Shown: one piece after another, positions 42,877 to 55,274 of the stretch
How the letters are laid out: each line of letters opens with the position of its first letter
How positions within the stretch are numbered: position 1 is the first letter of the stretch
Assembly (NCBI RefSeq): GCF_009914755.1
Contig: NC_060947.1
DNA length: 64,000 bases
Direction: 5' to 3' (one strand)
Origin: the human T2T-CHM13v2.0 reference genome, Homo sapiens
The notes under the pieces: generated by a model
What the model saw: only the letters and a program-made list of their open reading frames with translations
Databases searched by the model: none
What the model was told of the DNA's origin: nothing
Position numbers and translations under genes: made by a program

Positions 42877-44744
42877 CTATATCTATTATTATTACTTTTT
42901 TAACCAGCAATAAGATAGACATTGTAGAACACCAAGAGACCTAGACACTATATATAGGGCTGTTCTGCTGCCCCTTTATTCTCTATACAAAACAGTATTA
43001 TACACCTCTGCTTTGTTAGATTCTACCCTAGGCTTGTGAGATTAAATTTTAAAAATATATCTGAATAGAACCAAACCTCACCCCAATTTATGGGGGATGG
43101 AACAGAAAGAGAGTTTCGGCCAAACCAAGGCATGGACTTCCAAGGTGAGTGGGCTATTAACTCTGATATAACTTCTTTTAGGGCATAAGTAATTGGCAGT
43201 GATGACTTCTGGTGATAATCCTATTGCCTCAATTTAGGTGGGTTTTATTGCCAGCTTCCTTTTTGTTTGTTTGTAACCACTTTAAACAACAAGCTAACAA
43301 GAATTTTGGATAAAGATTTCTCGCAGGAACTTTGCCAAGCACGCATATTGTATTTCTTGTGATAATGTGAAATGTATCCTTCTAAGAAACGTATATTCGG
43401 ATCTTGGTGAGATTTATTCTAGTATAATAGTTGACAACAGTCACAATTTGTTTTTATCTTTTGACCAAAAGTGAAGGAAAAAATCATTAAATTAATGGTG
43501 AGTATTAAGGGGGCTTCAGGCCCAAGAAGGGGAGCATGGCCAAAAGTCTTCAGGAATAATACCAAAATTCTTTGGTAGTATGACTTTTTTTTTCATAAGA
43601 AAAGTGAAGAACTAAGGGGAAGTAATGTTGTGTGTTTACCATGTACCAGATGCTTATAGATATTATCTCATTTTGTACTCTCAATTACCTTTTGAAGAGT
43701 TGATGTTGTTATAAATTTTCAGGTGAGAAAGCAAACTTCCAGAGGGGTTAAGTAATTTCCTGGATTTCATATAGCTAGGAAGTGTTAGATCTGACTCTCA
43801 GATTTTTAGTGGCCATGAATTTAGAATTAGAGGTTTCTTTATTTTTTTCTAAATTTATTTTATTGTTGTAAGAACACGTAACATGAGATCTACTGGCTTA
43901 ACATATTTTAGAGGTTTCTTTAATATTCCTGTATCAACACCTTTAGCCATTAGTATTCATATGTTTGTAGTTTTTGAAATAATGGAAAAATTAAGATAAT
44001 TCTTAATATAAATTAAGGTAATTCTTAGCATTTGAACAGATTTTCTTCATTTGCATTGCTACAGAATAAAGAACTTAGTAAATATGAGATGTAGCAAATG
44101 AATGTACAGTTGTGCTCTGGAGAAATTTTTATTCTCAAATGAGAAATTACTTTGTGTGATTATAAGAATTTACATTTATTTCTTCATTTCCTAGTTTGTA
44201 AAACCGTAAGTGTTTTGACATATAATGAGTTAAAATAAAAAATAATGTTGGATTAATGAAACTATAATAATTAGATAGCCTGTTAGGTAAAAACAATTGA
44301 TAGTTGTTGAAAGTAGTTGAAATCTGAAGACATTATACTCTCATTTTTAGATATTCTTTTTAGTCTATAAAGTTAGCAAGGTGAAAAGAAAATAAACAGA
44401 TGATATAAGCCCTGCCATTGGCCTTAAAATCTAATTAAGATAAATACATAAAAGATAAAAAACAGTTGCATAAGCAAATACCAGTCAATAATATATAAGC
44501 CCTATCTGGTGGAAGGAGTTAGAGTAATTCAGAGTTTAGTGTTAGTTAGGGTTAGTCAGTGAAAGTATCATGGAGAAACTAAGCTTTTTTTTCTCTGTTG
44601 GAAATCACTGTTCACACTCAGGTGTGGGCCCAGTTAAAATGACTTGCACTCTTTATCTGTGCAACAAACAAATGACTTTAGTTAGTTGCAGCTGTTGTAC
44701 TTTCTTAAAAAAAAGGGGCCTCTCGCAAAAAGCAGAGTAGTGTT

Positions 44745-44915
44745 AAACCCTTATTGTTCCTAGTGTGGTCCCAGGACTGGCAGCACTAATAATTGCCTAG
44801 GAGATTATTAGAAATGCAGAATCTCAGGCCCCACCCTAGACCTACTGAATCTGAATTTGCATTTTAACATTGGTACCATGTGATTTCTTTGTGCATTAAA
44901 GTTTGAGAAGCATTG
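44745..44915. mobile_element. MER5A
   Basis: gaaatgcagaatctcaggccccaccctagacctactgaatc. Confidence 0.85.
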
Positions 44916-44986
44916 TGTTAGATCCTGATCTTGTTATGTCCTATTTGAAATGGAAAAGTAATTTCATAAGTGTTTTTGTTCTCTAG

Positions 44987-45091
44987 TGGCATATTTTGTG
45001 TGTACACAGTTGAAAGTTGTCAGAAATGACAATCAAGTACCTAAGCTGCTTTACCTCACCACTACAAATGAGAGTGGAGTGTTTATTACTG
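44987..45091 (+). CDS. RADX: RADX exon 7
   Basis: ctctag|TG GCA TAT; (M)[34 protein letters not shown]; donor G|GTGAGT; 105 nt. Confidence 0.95.
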
Positions 45092-46203
45092 GTGAGTAAT
45101 TTCTTTGTGTATATTATTAGAAATATATTTTCTCTTCCCTAGAATCCTTCAGTACATATTAACTTTTATATAATAACATTCAACTACAAGATAGCTTTAT
45201 TTTGACTTCCTTTATTACTATAAGAGTGTTTTAGCAAAGAATTTTTGGCCTGTGAAATACGTTGCTTATGGATTACTTACGAATGAGGCAATGATTTTGT
45301 GACTCAGTGGAAAATTGCATTTATATCCTTCAGTCAACTTTAATTCCTGCTTGGCATAGAATGTAGATAATCATAAATTGCTTGATAGATTGAAGACCTG
45401 GTTAGGCCTGGTATCATAATATGGATTCTGTTAACAATATTTTAAAATTCTAAATGAAAACAAAACTGAGTGTCAAATTTTAGCCCCAAGATCTTATGTT
45501 TTATTTATATAACAAGAGAGGTCTCATTACTTGTCTGCAAGTATATTGTTTTTCCCTATTCCCTCCAATAATAGGATCAAAACATTAAAGAAAAACGTTT
45601 CCAAATGAGAGAGTGAGGAAGTAGTGTGGATTGGGTGTTTACCAGATTGTTACCATGTTGGTAATTAAGAAATTTGTTAAAAGAAGGGTCCTAGGAAAGG
45701 TGTAACATACATCTTTGTCAATGCATATCTTATTTTATAAATACTATCAGATGTGAATATGGCACTTTTAAGTATGCTTTAAGAACATAAATTTAAATGC
45801 TGAGCCATATTCATAGGAAGTTTCATTCATACATGATGCCATAATTTCAGGTTAATTCGTAGTTTAAAAATCGGTTATTTCAGAAGATGTCAACCATTTG
45901 GATGGTTAGAAAAATTCAAATTATTAGTTTTTCTTCTTCCTGTGATTTCTAGCATCTTATAGCTAGCTACAGTTTAGTCCACTTAAACTCTAATACACAG
46001 TGTGTCTGATTTTCTTCTTAGGATTTATTTACTGTCTTTGGATAATTATACATAGTGAATAAGTAAACTTGACTGTTTTTTTCTTGGTGATAAAAGAGGG
46101 ATTGTTTTAATAGTAAACTGTTTTTACACAAAAATTTGCATACAGATTGTTACAGTGACATTTTTATTTCTCATTTTTTATGATTTACCCTTCCCGCGAG
46201 GAG

Positions 46204-46368
46204 GTCATAGAGGCCAGCCGTATACGTATGATGCCAAGGTAAAAAACTTTATTCAATGGATTAGAACAAAGTCTGATTCCGGGGAACAGAAGAATATGGT
46301 TATTGGTGGATATTACCCCTATCCACCAGTGCCAGAGACATTTTCCAAGTATAGTAGTTCTATTAAAG
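46204..46368 (+). CDS. RADX: RADX exon 8 (alternative start 46201 possible)
   Basis: cccgcgaggag|GT CAT AGA; (G)[18 protein letters not shown]...KYSSSIK; donor G|GTACTA; 165 nt. Confidence 0.92.
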
Positions 46369-46650
46369 GTACTAATGTAATTGCCAGTCCTTCTAAATAT
46401 GTTTATATTTTATATGTATGGCTTATGCTATTTCAATTAGTCATCTTTATTCTTTTCTTTTATGGGAGTGATCTAAAGTTTAGCAACATTCACCGATAAT
46501 AGCTTTGTCTTAATGCAGATCTAAAAATATATGTCACGTATTTTCTATATAGTTTTCCCTATATCTCGCATGGTGCTCTAAAGATTAATACTTTGATTTT
46601 TATCAGACTGGAAGAAAAGAGAAAACACAGATGATAACCAACTGGAGATA

Positions 46651-47192
<542 letters not shown>

Positions 47193-47970
47193 AAATATCT
47201 TTATTTAATGTCATTGAGATCACATCTGACCTTGGTGTAGATCTCAATTGCTATGATGTTATACAGAAAGACTAAAGATATCTAAAGGAGACACTGGGTA
47301 ACTTGATATTCAGAGACTGACAACTGTATTATGCGACTCTTGTGGAATGATATATATTGTGTTTAACACAATTGAGTGCTATCTTTAAATATGAAATGAT
47401 GCCAAAATAAATGAGATGCTGAATTTGGAATTGAAGTACTGATGAGAAGCCTACTATTAATATACTTTTTAGTAGAATTAATATATGACAGTTGAAAAGT
47501 TTAGCACAAGCATGTTCTTTTTTAAAAAGCTATGAGATAATTGCATGGTTTTGGAAAAAAAGAGAAACTTTAAAATGCGGACCTATCATCATCTAAATAT
47601 TGGCATCCTCTTATACATCATAATGCTAGCAATATGTAATAGTGTTTGAAATAATTAAAATGTGTTTTTCTATGCAGTGGCTAGGCAACACTTTATAGTT
47701 TGAAATATAATATGTAAATTGCATTTAATATGCAAAATTTATTTTGCAAATGAGGGGTACAGAGTGGAAGCCTGTATTCAAATTTAACTGATAAAAGTAT
47801 TTTGCCTATTTCACAAAATTATATAGAAGGATGCCAGATATAAACACAGTGTCTCACAGTTAATGTAGTAAGTTTATAATTTTGTGTTGTGAAATTACAT
47901 TGCAAATCTAATTCTTATTTTTATCATTTCAGTTCTTTAAAACTTACAATTTTCTTGGACTTTTTTGCAG

Positions 47971-48131
47971 TTGAGTCGCTCTTGACAGCTATAAGTGAAG
48001 TCAGGAAGGAGATTGAAGACTTGCAGTATAGGGAACAAAAGCGCATTGCAATTCAGGGGATAATTACTGCTATAAAGTATATCCCCCATAGCAGTGCGAC
48101 TGAAAGTGCCTCAGCATCAGAAACACTTCGG
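47971..48131 (+). CDS. RADX: RADX exon 9
   Basis: ttttgcag|TT GAG TCG; (V)[29 protein letters not shown]...SETLR; donor CGG|GTATGG; 161 nt. Confidence 0.95.
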
Positions 48132-48257
48132 GTATGGTGCCAGAGAATTAATAGTATTTCTCTGAAAGCACTGTGATTATGATTGCAATTGGTACCTTTT
48201 ACATTTTATTCAGAACTCACGTGTATTGACTCTTAATAATGTAAGCCTAAGAGAAAA

Positions 48258-48340
48258 CATTAGGTTGGTGCAAAAGGCATTGTGGTTTTTGCCTATAAAA
48301 GTAATGGCAAAAACCGCAATTCCTTTTGCACCAACCTAAT
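48258..48340 (+). ncRNA. MIR548AN: pre-miR-548an hairpin, a MADE1 (Hsmar1-derived MITE), in RADX intron 9
   Basis: Near-perfect palindrome ATTAGGTTGGTGCAAAAG...CTTTTGCACCAACCTAAT with MADE1 TIRs; AAAAGGCATTGTGGTTTTTG at 48272-48291 matches mature miR-548an as I recall it. Confidence 0.88.
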
Positions 48341-48995
48341 ATTTTTACTTTTTTGTTTGTTTCCTTTTTGTGTCATTTATTTGGGGGCAGACTAGGCCAA
48401 TAATGATTATAGCCTCTTGACATTTCCCAAGGCCCTCAAAACTTGGTATCCTGTTTTTGCATTCTGTGTAATTTGAGGCTATTGTGGGTGTTTTAAATTT
48501 CTAGGTGGTATCTATGACTATATTAATTTCCTACCTTTTGTCCAGGCCAGTACTACAGGAAAGCTTTCATAGGAAGTTTTCTCTATATCTGGCATAGTAG
48601 TCTTACCCAGGTTCTATAACTCTTCTAGAATAAATAGTTTAGTATTATAGAAGATGCCAGTTCTGGAATATTGGCACAATCAAGACAAGTTAATTTTTCC
48701 CATGAGTTTATCTTTTTAAACACTACGTCCAGGACTACTACTATTTATATGGAAATAAGTGTTTAATCCAGCTTTTCAGATAGTAGTATAAGAAGGACTT
48801 TTGTTTGTCTTCCTTTTAAAAAATATTTTAATAGCAGATGGATTAGATTCAATCATTTTCATAAAAGCACTGTTATGATTGAAGTTTTGCCAGAACTGTT
48901 GATTATGAAAAATGAATACACTAAAATTGTAGTCTTTTATGAGATTAATAATTGTGAATTAGCCTAAAGTGTTTTCTCTAAATTATTGGTTTTAG

Positions 48996-49165
48996 AATGC
49001 TAACAGACCCTCGACCTCTCAAGCAGCTAGAGTAGAAATTCAAGAAAGAAATGGTAAACGGCATCAAGATGATGAGCCTGTGAATTCTCAGTATTTCCAA
49101 ACTACATCTACAAATTTAAGTCTGAGCAATAAAATAAGAATTCTTCAAGGCCCACACGCTAATCC
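48996..49165 (+). CDS. RADX: RADX exon 10
   Basis: ttttag|AAT GCT AAC; [20 protein letters not shown]...QGPHAN; donor CC|GTAAGT; 170 nt. Confidence 0.94.
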
Positions 49166-49253
49166 GTAAGTCATTTGTATTAAGTATATGTAAAGTATAT
49201 TTTTTCTTTTGGGTTATCTCTACCCTGTAAAATAAGCAATTATCGTAGAAGCT

Positions 49254-50290
49254 GTATTAATTTGTTAGGGCCCCCATAACAAAATACCACAACTGAGTGA
49301 CTTAAACACTGAAATTTGTTGTCTCAGAGTTCTGGAGGATAGAGTTCAAGATCAAGGTGTCAACAGCATTGGTTCCCTCAGGGCTGCGAGAGAGAATCTG
49401 TTCAATGCCTCTCTCCTAGCCTCTTAGGGTGCTGGCAATCTTTGGCATTCCTTAACTTGTAGAAGCATCACCCCAATCTCTGCCTTCATATTCACATGGA
49501 GTTCTCTCTGTGTAATGTCTGTGTCCAAATTTCACCTTTTTCATAAGGATACCACTCATATTGGATTAGGGGACCACCCTAATCCAGTATGACGTCATCT
49601 TTATCAGTAACATCTGCTATGACCCTATTTCCAAATAAGGTCATATTCAGAAGTCCTGAGGGTTAGGACTTCATCATATGAATTTTGTGGGGACACAATT
49701 TAACCCATAAGTCTGCCCTCTGGTCCCACAAAATTCCTGTCCTTCTCATATGCAAAATAGGTTCACCTCATCACAACATCCCCAAAAGTCTTATCCCATA
49801 GCACCATCAATTCTAATCCAAAATCTCATCTAAATTTCATATGGATGTAATTCATCCATCCATGATCATGGTGATTTATCCTGGGGCAAAATTCTTCTGC
49901 ATCTGTATACCTATAAAATCAAACAAGTTATCTGTCCAGAATACAGTGATGAGATAGGTATAGGATAGACACTCCCATTCTGAAAGAGAGAAATTGGAAA
50001 GAAAAGGGGGATCATGGGTCACAAGCAACTCCAAAACCTAGCAAGGCAAATAAATTGCATTAGATTTTAAGGCTTCAGAATTATTCTCTTCGCCACAGTC
50101 TTATGTCCTCTGGGCTCACTGGGGTAGCATCCCCACTTCTACAATCCTGGGTGATGGCCCCACACTCTGGAACCAAGGAAATGAACCCACCCTCTGGAAT
50201 TGAAAAGGGAGCACTTGTCCTCTGAAACCAAGGAGGTAGTCTCACTCCCAAGGTCATTCTTCCATTTTCCTGAACAACAAGAACATTATA
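49254..50290 (-). mobile_element. MLT1C-like LTR (49254-49710) with adjoining internal sequence
   Basis: tgtattaatttgttagggc...ggggacacaatttaacccataa, then MaLR-internal motifs. Confidence 0.82.
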
Positions 50291-50519
50291 GCTTACATTT
50301 GCTTACCAGTTGTTTAAGCATGGGTCTTTACTACAAAACATTCATACATTATGAATTGTACATGATTGGAAGTTTTGGTTTCTTTAAAGTGTCAGGAAAG
50401 CCCAAACACTCATAAAGCAGAGTGCAGAATCACTTTAGATTTTAAGATTTTAAAAATTCCAATCTTTTAGAGTGTGCCCGGGTGCACAGCAGTTTTTGGT
50501 TGTGAATAAGTAATAGGTA

Positions 50520-53500
50520 AAATTTTTAATTTATTTTTTAAAATTGTTTAACTTTTAATTTTTGTGGGTACATTTAGTAGGTATATATATATTTATGGGG
50601 GTACATGAGATGTTTTGATACAAGCATACAATGTGAAATAAGAATGTCATGGAGAATGGGGTATCCATCCCATCAAGCATTTATCCTTTGTATTACAATC
50701 AAATTACACTCTTTTAGTTACATTTAAATGTACAATTAAGTTATTATGGACTATAGTCACTCTGATGTGCTATCAAGTAGTAGGTCTTATTCATTCTTTC
50801 TAGCTATTTATTTGTACCCGTTAAACGTCTTCACTTCCCCGCACCCCCCTGCTACCCTTCCCAGCTTCTGGTAACCGTCCTTCTAAACTCTACCTTTATG
50901 AGTTCACTTGTTTGATTTTTAGATCCCACAAATAGGTGAGAACATGGAATGTTTATCTTTCTATGCTTGGCTTATTTCACTTAACATAATGATCTCCAGT
51001 TCCATCCATGTTGTTGCAAATCACTGGATCTCATTTTTATGGCTAAATAGTACTCCATTGGGTATATGTATCACATTTTCTTTATCCACTCATCTGTTGA
51101 TGGACATGTAGGTTGCTTCCAAATCTTAGCTATTATAAACAGTGCTGCAGCAACATAGGAGTGCAGATATCTCTTTGGTATACTGATTTCCTTTCTCCTG
51201 GGTGTATACCCAGCAGTGGAATTGCTGGATCACATTGTATTTCAATTTTCAGTTTCTTTGAGGAACCTCCAAACTGTTCTCCATAGTGGTTGTACTAATT
51301 TACATTCCCACCAACAACGTACAGAGTTCCTTTTCTCCACATCATCACCAGCATTTGTTATTGCCTGTATTTTGGATTTAAGCCGTTTTAACTGAGGTAA
51401 AATGGTATCTATCCACGGCTTTTTGAGGGTTTTTTTCATGAAGGGATGTTGAATTTTATCAAATTTTTTTTCAGCATCAAATGAAACGATTGTATGGTTT
51501 TGATTTGCATTTCTCTGATGATCAGTGATGTTGAGCACCTTTTCATGTGCCTGTTTGCCATTTGTATACCTTCTTTTGAGAAACGTCTATTCAAATCTTT
51601 TGCCCGCTTTTTATTGCATTATTAGATTTATTCCTATAAGTTGTTTGAGCTCCTTATACATTCTGGTTATTAATCGCTTGTCAGATGGGTAGTTTGCAAG
51701 TATTTCCTCCCATTCTGTGGGTTGTCTCTTCACTTTGTTGATTGTTTCCTTTGCTGTGCAGAAGCTTTTCACCTTGATGTCAATCTATTTGTCCATTTTT
51801 GCTTTGGTTGCCTGTTCTTGTGGGGTATTACTCAAGAAATTTTTGCCCAGACGAATGTCCTGTAGATTTTGCCCAATGTTTTCCTGTAGTAGTTTCATAT
51901 CTCAATGTGTTAGATTTAGGTCTTTAATCCATTTTGAGTTGATTTTTGTATATGGCAAGAGATAGGGGTATAGTTTCATTCTTCTGAATATGGATATCCA
52001 GTTTTCCCAGCACCATTTATTGGAAAGACTGTCTTTACCCCAGTGTATGTTCTTGGCACCTTTGTTAAAAATGAGTTCACTTTAGGTGTGTGGATTTGTG
52101 TGTTGATCAATTGAAATGATCGTATGGTTTTGATCCTTTAATCTGTTGATATGATATATCACATTGATTTGCATATGTTGATTAGGATAGCTTTGGCTAT
52201 TCTGGGTCTTTTGTGGGTCCATCTAAATTTTAGGATTGTTTTTTCTGTTTCTGTGAAGAATGTCATTGGTATTTTGGCAGGGATTGCATTGAATATGTAG
52301 ATTGCTTTGGGCAGTATAGACATTGTAATAAATTGATTCTTCCAATACATGATCATACAGTATTTTTCCATTTTTGAATGTCCTCTTCAATTTCTTTCAT
52401 CAGTGTTTTATAGCTTTCATTATAGACATCTTTCACTTGTTTGGTTATGTTCATTCCTAGGTATTTAATTTTATGTGTGGCTGTCGTAAATGGGATTACT
52501 TTTTTATTTCTTTTTCACATTTTTCACTTTTGGCATAGAGAAGTGCTTCTGATTTTTGTATGTTGATTTTGTATCCTGCAACTTTAGTGAGTTTACGAGT
52601 TCTAATAGTTTTCTTGTGGAGTCTTTAAGTTTTTCCAAATATAAAATCATATCCTCTGCAAACAAGGATTATTTGACTTCTTCCTTTCCAAGTTGGATGC
52701 CCTTTATTTCTTTCTCTTGTCTGATTGCTTTAGATAGGACTTCCAGTACTATGCTGAATAACAGGGGTGAAAGTGTGCATCCTTGTTGTCTTCCAGATCT
52801 GAGGAAAGGCTTTCAGTTTTTCCCCATTAAGTATGATACTAGTTGTGGGTCTTTCATATATGGTTTTTATTATGCTGAAGTACGTTCCTTCTATCCACAG
52901 CTTTTTGAGGGTTTTTATCATGAAGGGATATTGAATTTTATCAAATGTTTTTTCAACATCAATTGAAATGATTGTATGGTTTTGATCCTTTTTTCTGTTG
53001 ATATGGTATATCACATTGATTTGCATATGTTGAACCATCTTGGCATCCCAGGGATAAATCTCCCTTGGTCATGATGAGAGATCATTCTAATATATTGTTG
53101 AATTTGGTTTGCTAGTATTTTGTTGAGGATTTTTGTATCAAAATTCTTCAGAGATATTGACCTGTAGTTTTCTTTTATGGATGTGTCTTTGTCTGGTTTT
53201 GTTATAAGGGTAATACTGGCCTTGCAGAATGGGTTTGGAAGTATTCCTTCCTCCTCCATTTTTTTGAATAGTTTGAGTAGGATTGATCTTAGCTCTTCTT
53301 GAAATGTTTGGTAGAATTCATCAGTGTAGCCATTGGATCCCAGGCTTTTCTTTACTGGGAGACTTTTTGTTACAACTTCCATCTCATTACTTGTTATTGG
53401 TCTGTTCAGGTTTTGGATTTCTTCCTGGTTCAATCTTGGTAGGTTGTATGTATCTACGAATTTGTTCATTTCTTCTAAATTTTCCATTTTATTGTCATAT

Positions 53501-54688
53501 GGTTGTACATAGTAGCCACTAATGAACCTTTGAATTTCTGCAGTATCAGTTGTAAAAGCTCCTTTTTCATTTCTAATTTAATTTATTTGGATCCTCTCTC
53601 TTTTTTTCATGGTCTGGCTAAATGTAAGTTTTGTTTTACTTTTCAAGAAAGCAGCTTTTTGCTTCATTGATCTTTTGTATTGATTTTCTCATTTCAATTT
53701 TATTTATTTATGCTCTGATCTTGTTTTCTTCCACTACTTTGGGTTTGTTTTGCTCTTGCCTTTCTAATTCTTTAAGATGCATCATTAGGTTGCTTATTTG
53801 AAGTTTTTCTTCTTTTTTGTTGGAGGCACTTATAGCTGTAAACGTCCCTCTTACTACTGCTTTTGCTGTATCCCTTAGGTTTTGTTATGTTTTGTTTCTA
53901 TTTTCATTTGTTTCGAGCAATTTTTCAATTTTCTTCTTAATTTCTTCATTGACACATTGGTAATTGAAGAATATGCTGTTTAATTTCTATGTATTTGTAT
54001 AGTTTCCAAAATCATTCTTGTTACTAATTTCTAGTTTTACTCCATTGTGGACAGAAAAGGTGCTAGATATTATTTGTTTATTTGAATGTTTTAAGACTTG
54101 TTTTGTGACCTAACATATGATCTATCCTTGAGAATGATCCATGTGCTGAGGAAAAGAATGTGTATTCTGCAGCTGTTGGATTACATGTTCTGTAAATATC
54201 TATTAGATCCATTTGATCTACAGTGCAGATTAAGTCCAATATTTCTTTGTTGATTTTCTGTCTAGAAGATTTGTCCAGTGCTGAAAGTGGGGTGTTGAAG
54301 TCTCTAGCTATTATTGTATTGCGGCCTATCTGTCTCTTTAGCTCTAATAATATTTGGTTTATATATCTCGATGCTCCAGTGTTGGGTGCATACATATTTA
54401 AAATTGTTATATTGTCTTGCTGGATTGACTCCTTTATCATTATATAGTGATCTTCTTTGTCTCTTCTTATTGTTTTTGTCTCAAAATCGATTTTGTCTGA
54501 TATAAAGATAGCTACTCCTTATTATTTTTGTCTCGAAATCGATTTTGTCTGATATAAAGATAGCTACTCCTACGGTTTTTTGGTTTCCATTGACATGGAA
54601 TACCTTTTACCATCCTTTTATTTTCAGTTTACATGTATCTTTATAGGTAAAGTATGTTTCTCATAAGCAACAGATCAATGGATTTTGC
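50520..54688 (-). mobile_element. L1MA-class element, ~4.2 kb (endonuclease to 3'UTR), with internal rearrangements
   Basis: Minus-strand ORFs: ITILNMYAPNTGA..DFNTPLS..SRIDH (EN), [35 protein letters not shown] (RT). Confidence 0.93.
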
Positions 54689-55274
54689 TGCTATGGGATA
54701 AGACTTTTGGGGCTGTTGTGATGGGGTAAACCTATTTTGCATATGAGAAGGACAGGAATTTTGTGGGACCAGAGGGCAGACTTATGGGTTGAATTGTGTC
54801 CCCACGAAATTCATACAATGAAGTCCTAACCCTCAGGACTTCTGAATATGACCTTATTTGGAAATAGGGTCATAGCAGATGTAACTGATAAAGATGAGTT
54901 AATACTTTCATAGAGAGCTAAGTCTTGTGGAAGAGACAGACTTTTAAACCTGTAATTTCAATATGATATGGTGAATGCCATGATAGAAGTTTATTCACAG
55001 TACTGTAATAGCATATACAAGGGGCAGTTAGCCTTGGCAAGAGATCAAGGGAAGCTTCTTGTAGGAAATTATGCTGGAGCTAAATCCTGAAGGATGAGTA
55101 AGAGTTAACCAGGCAAATGAAAGGGGACATAGGATTGTTCCAGGCAGAAAGAAAAGCGTGAAGGTTTAAAGCACCATGGGACTAATAAAAAACTATGAAA
55201 TGAAATTGGAAAGGCAGGCCAGATTGTTTCCCATAATTTTTGAACAAAGAAAATGTAAAAACTAGGCCATTGCA

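Noticed and set aside
43060-43150. Strong donor AAG|GTGAGT at ~43144/43145 suggesting a cryptic exon in intron 6
   Set aside because: No convincing upstream acceptor or polypyrimidine tract, and the RADX frame is complete without it
46369-46499. Intron 8 read-through encodes a hydrophobic, tail-anchor-like segment ([23 protein letters not shown])
   Set aside because: T-rich intron sequence gives hydrophobic codons by default, and nothing in the sequence supports an alternative last exon
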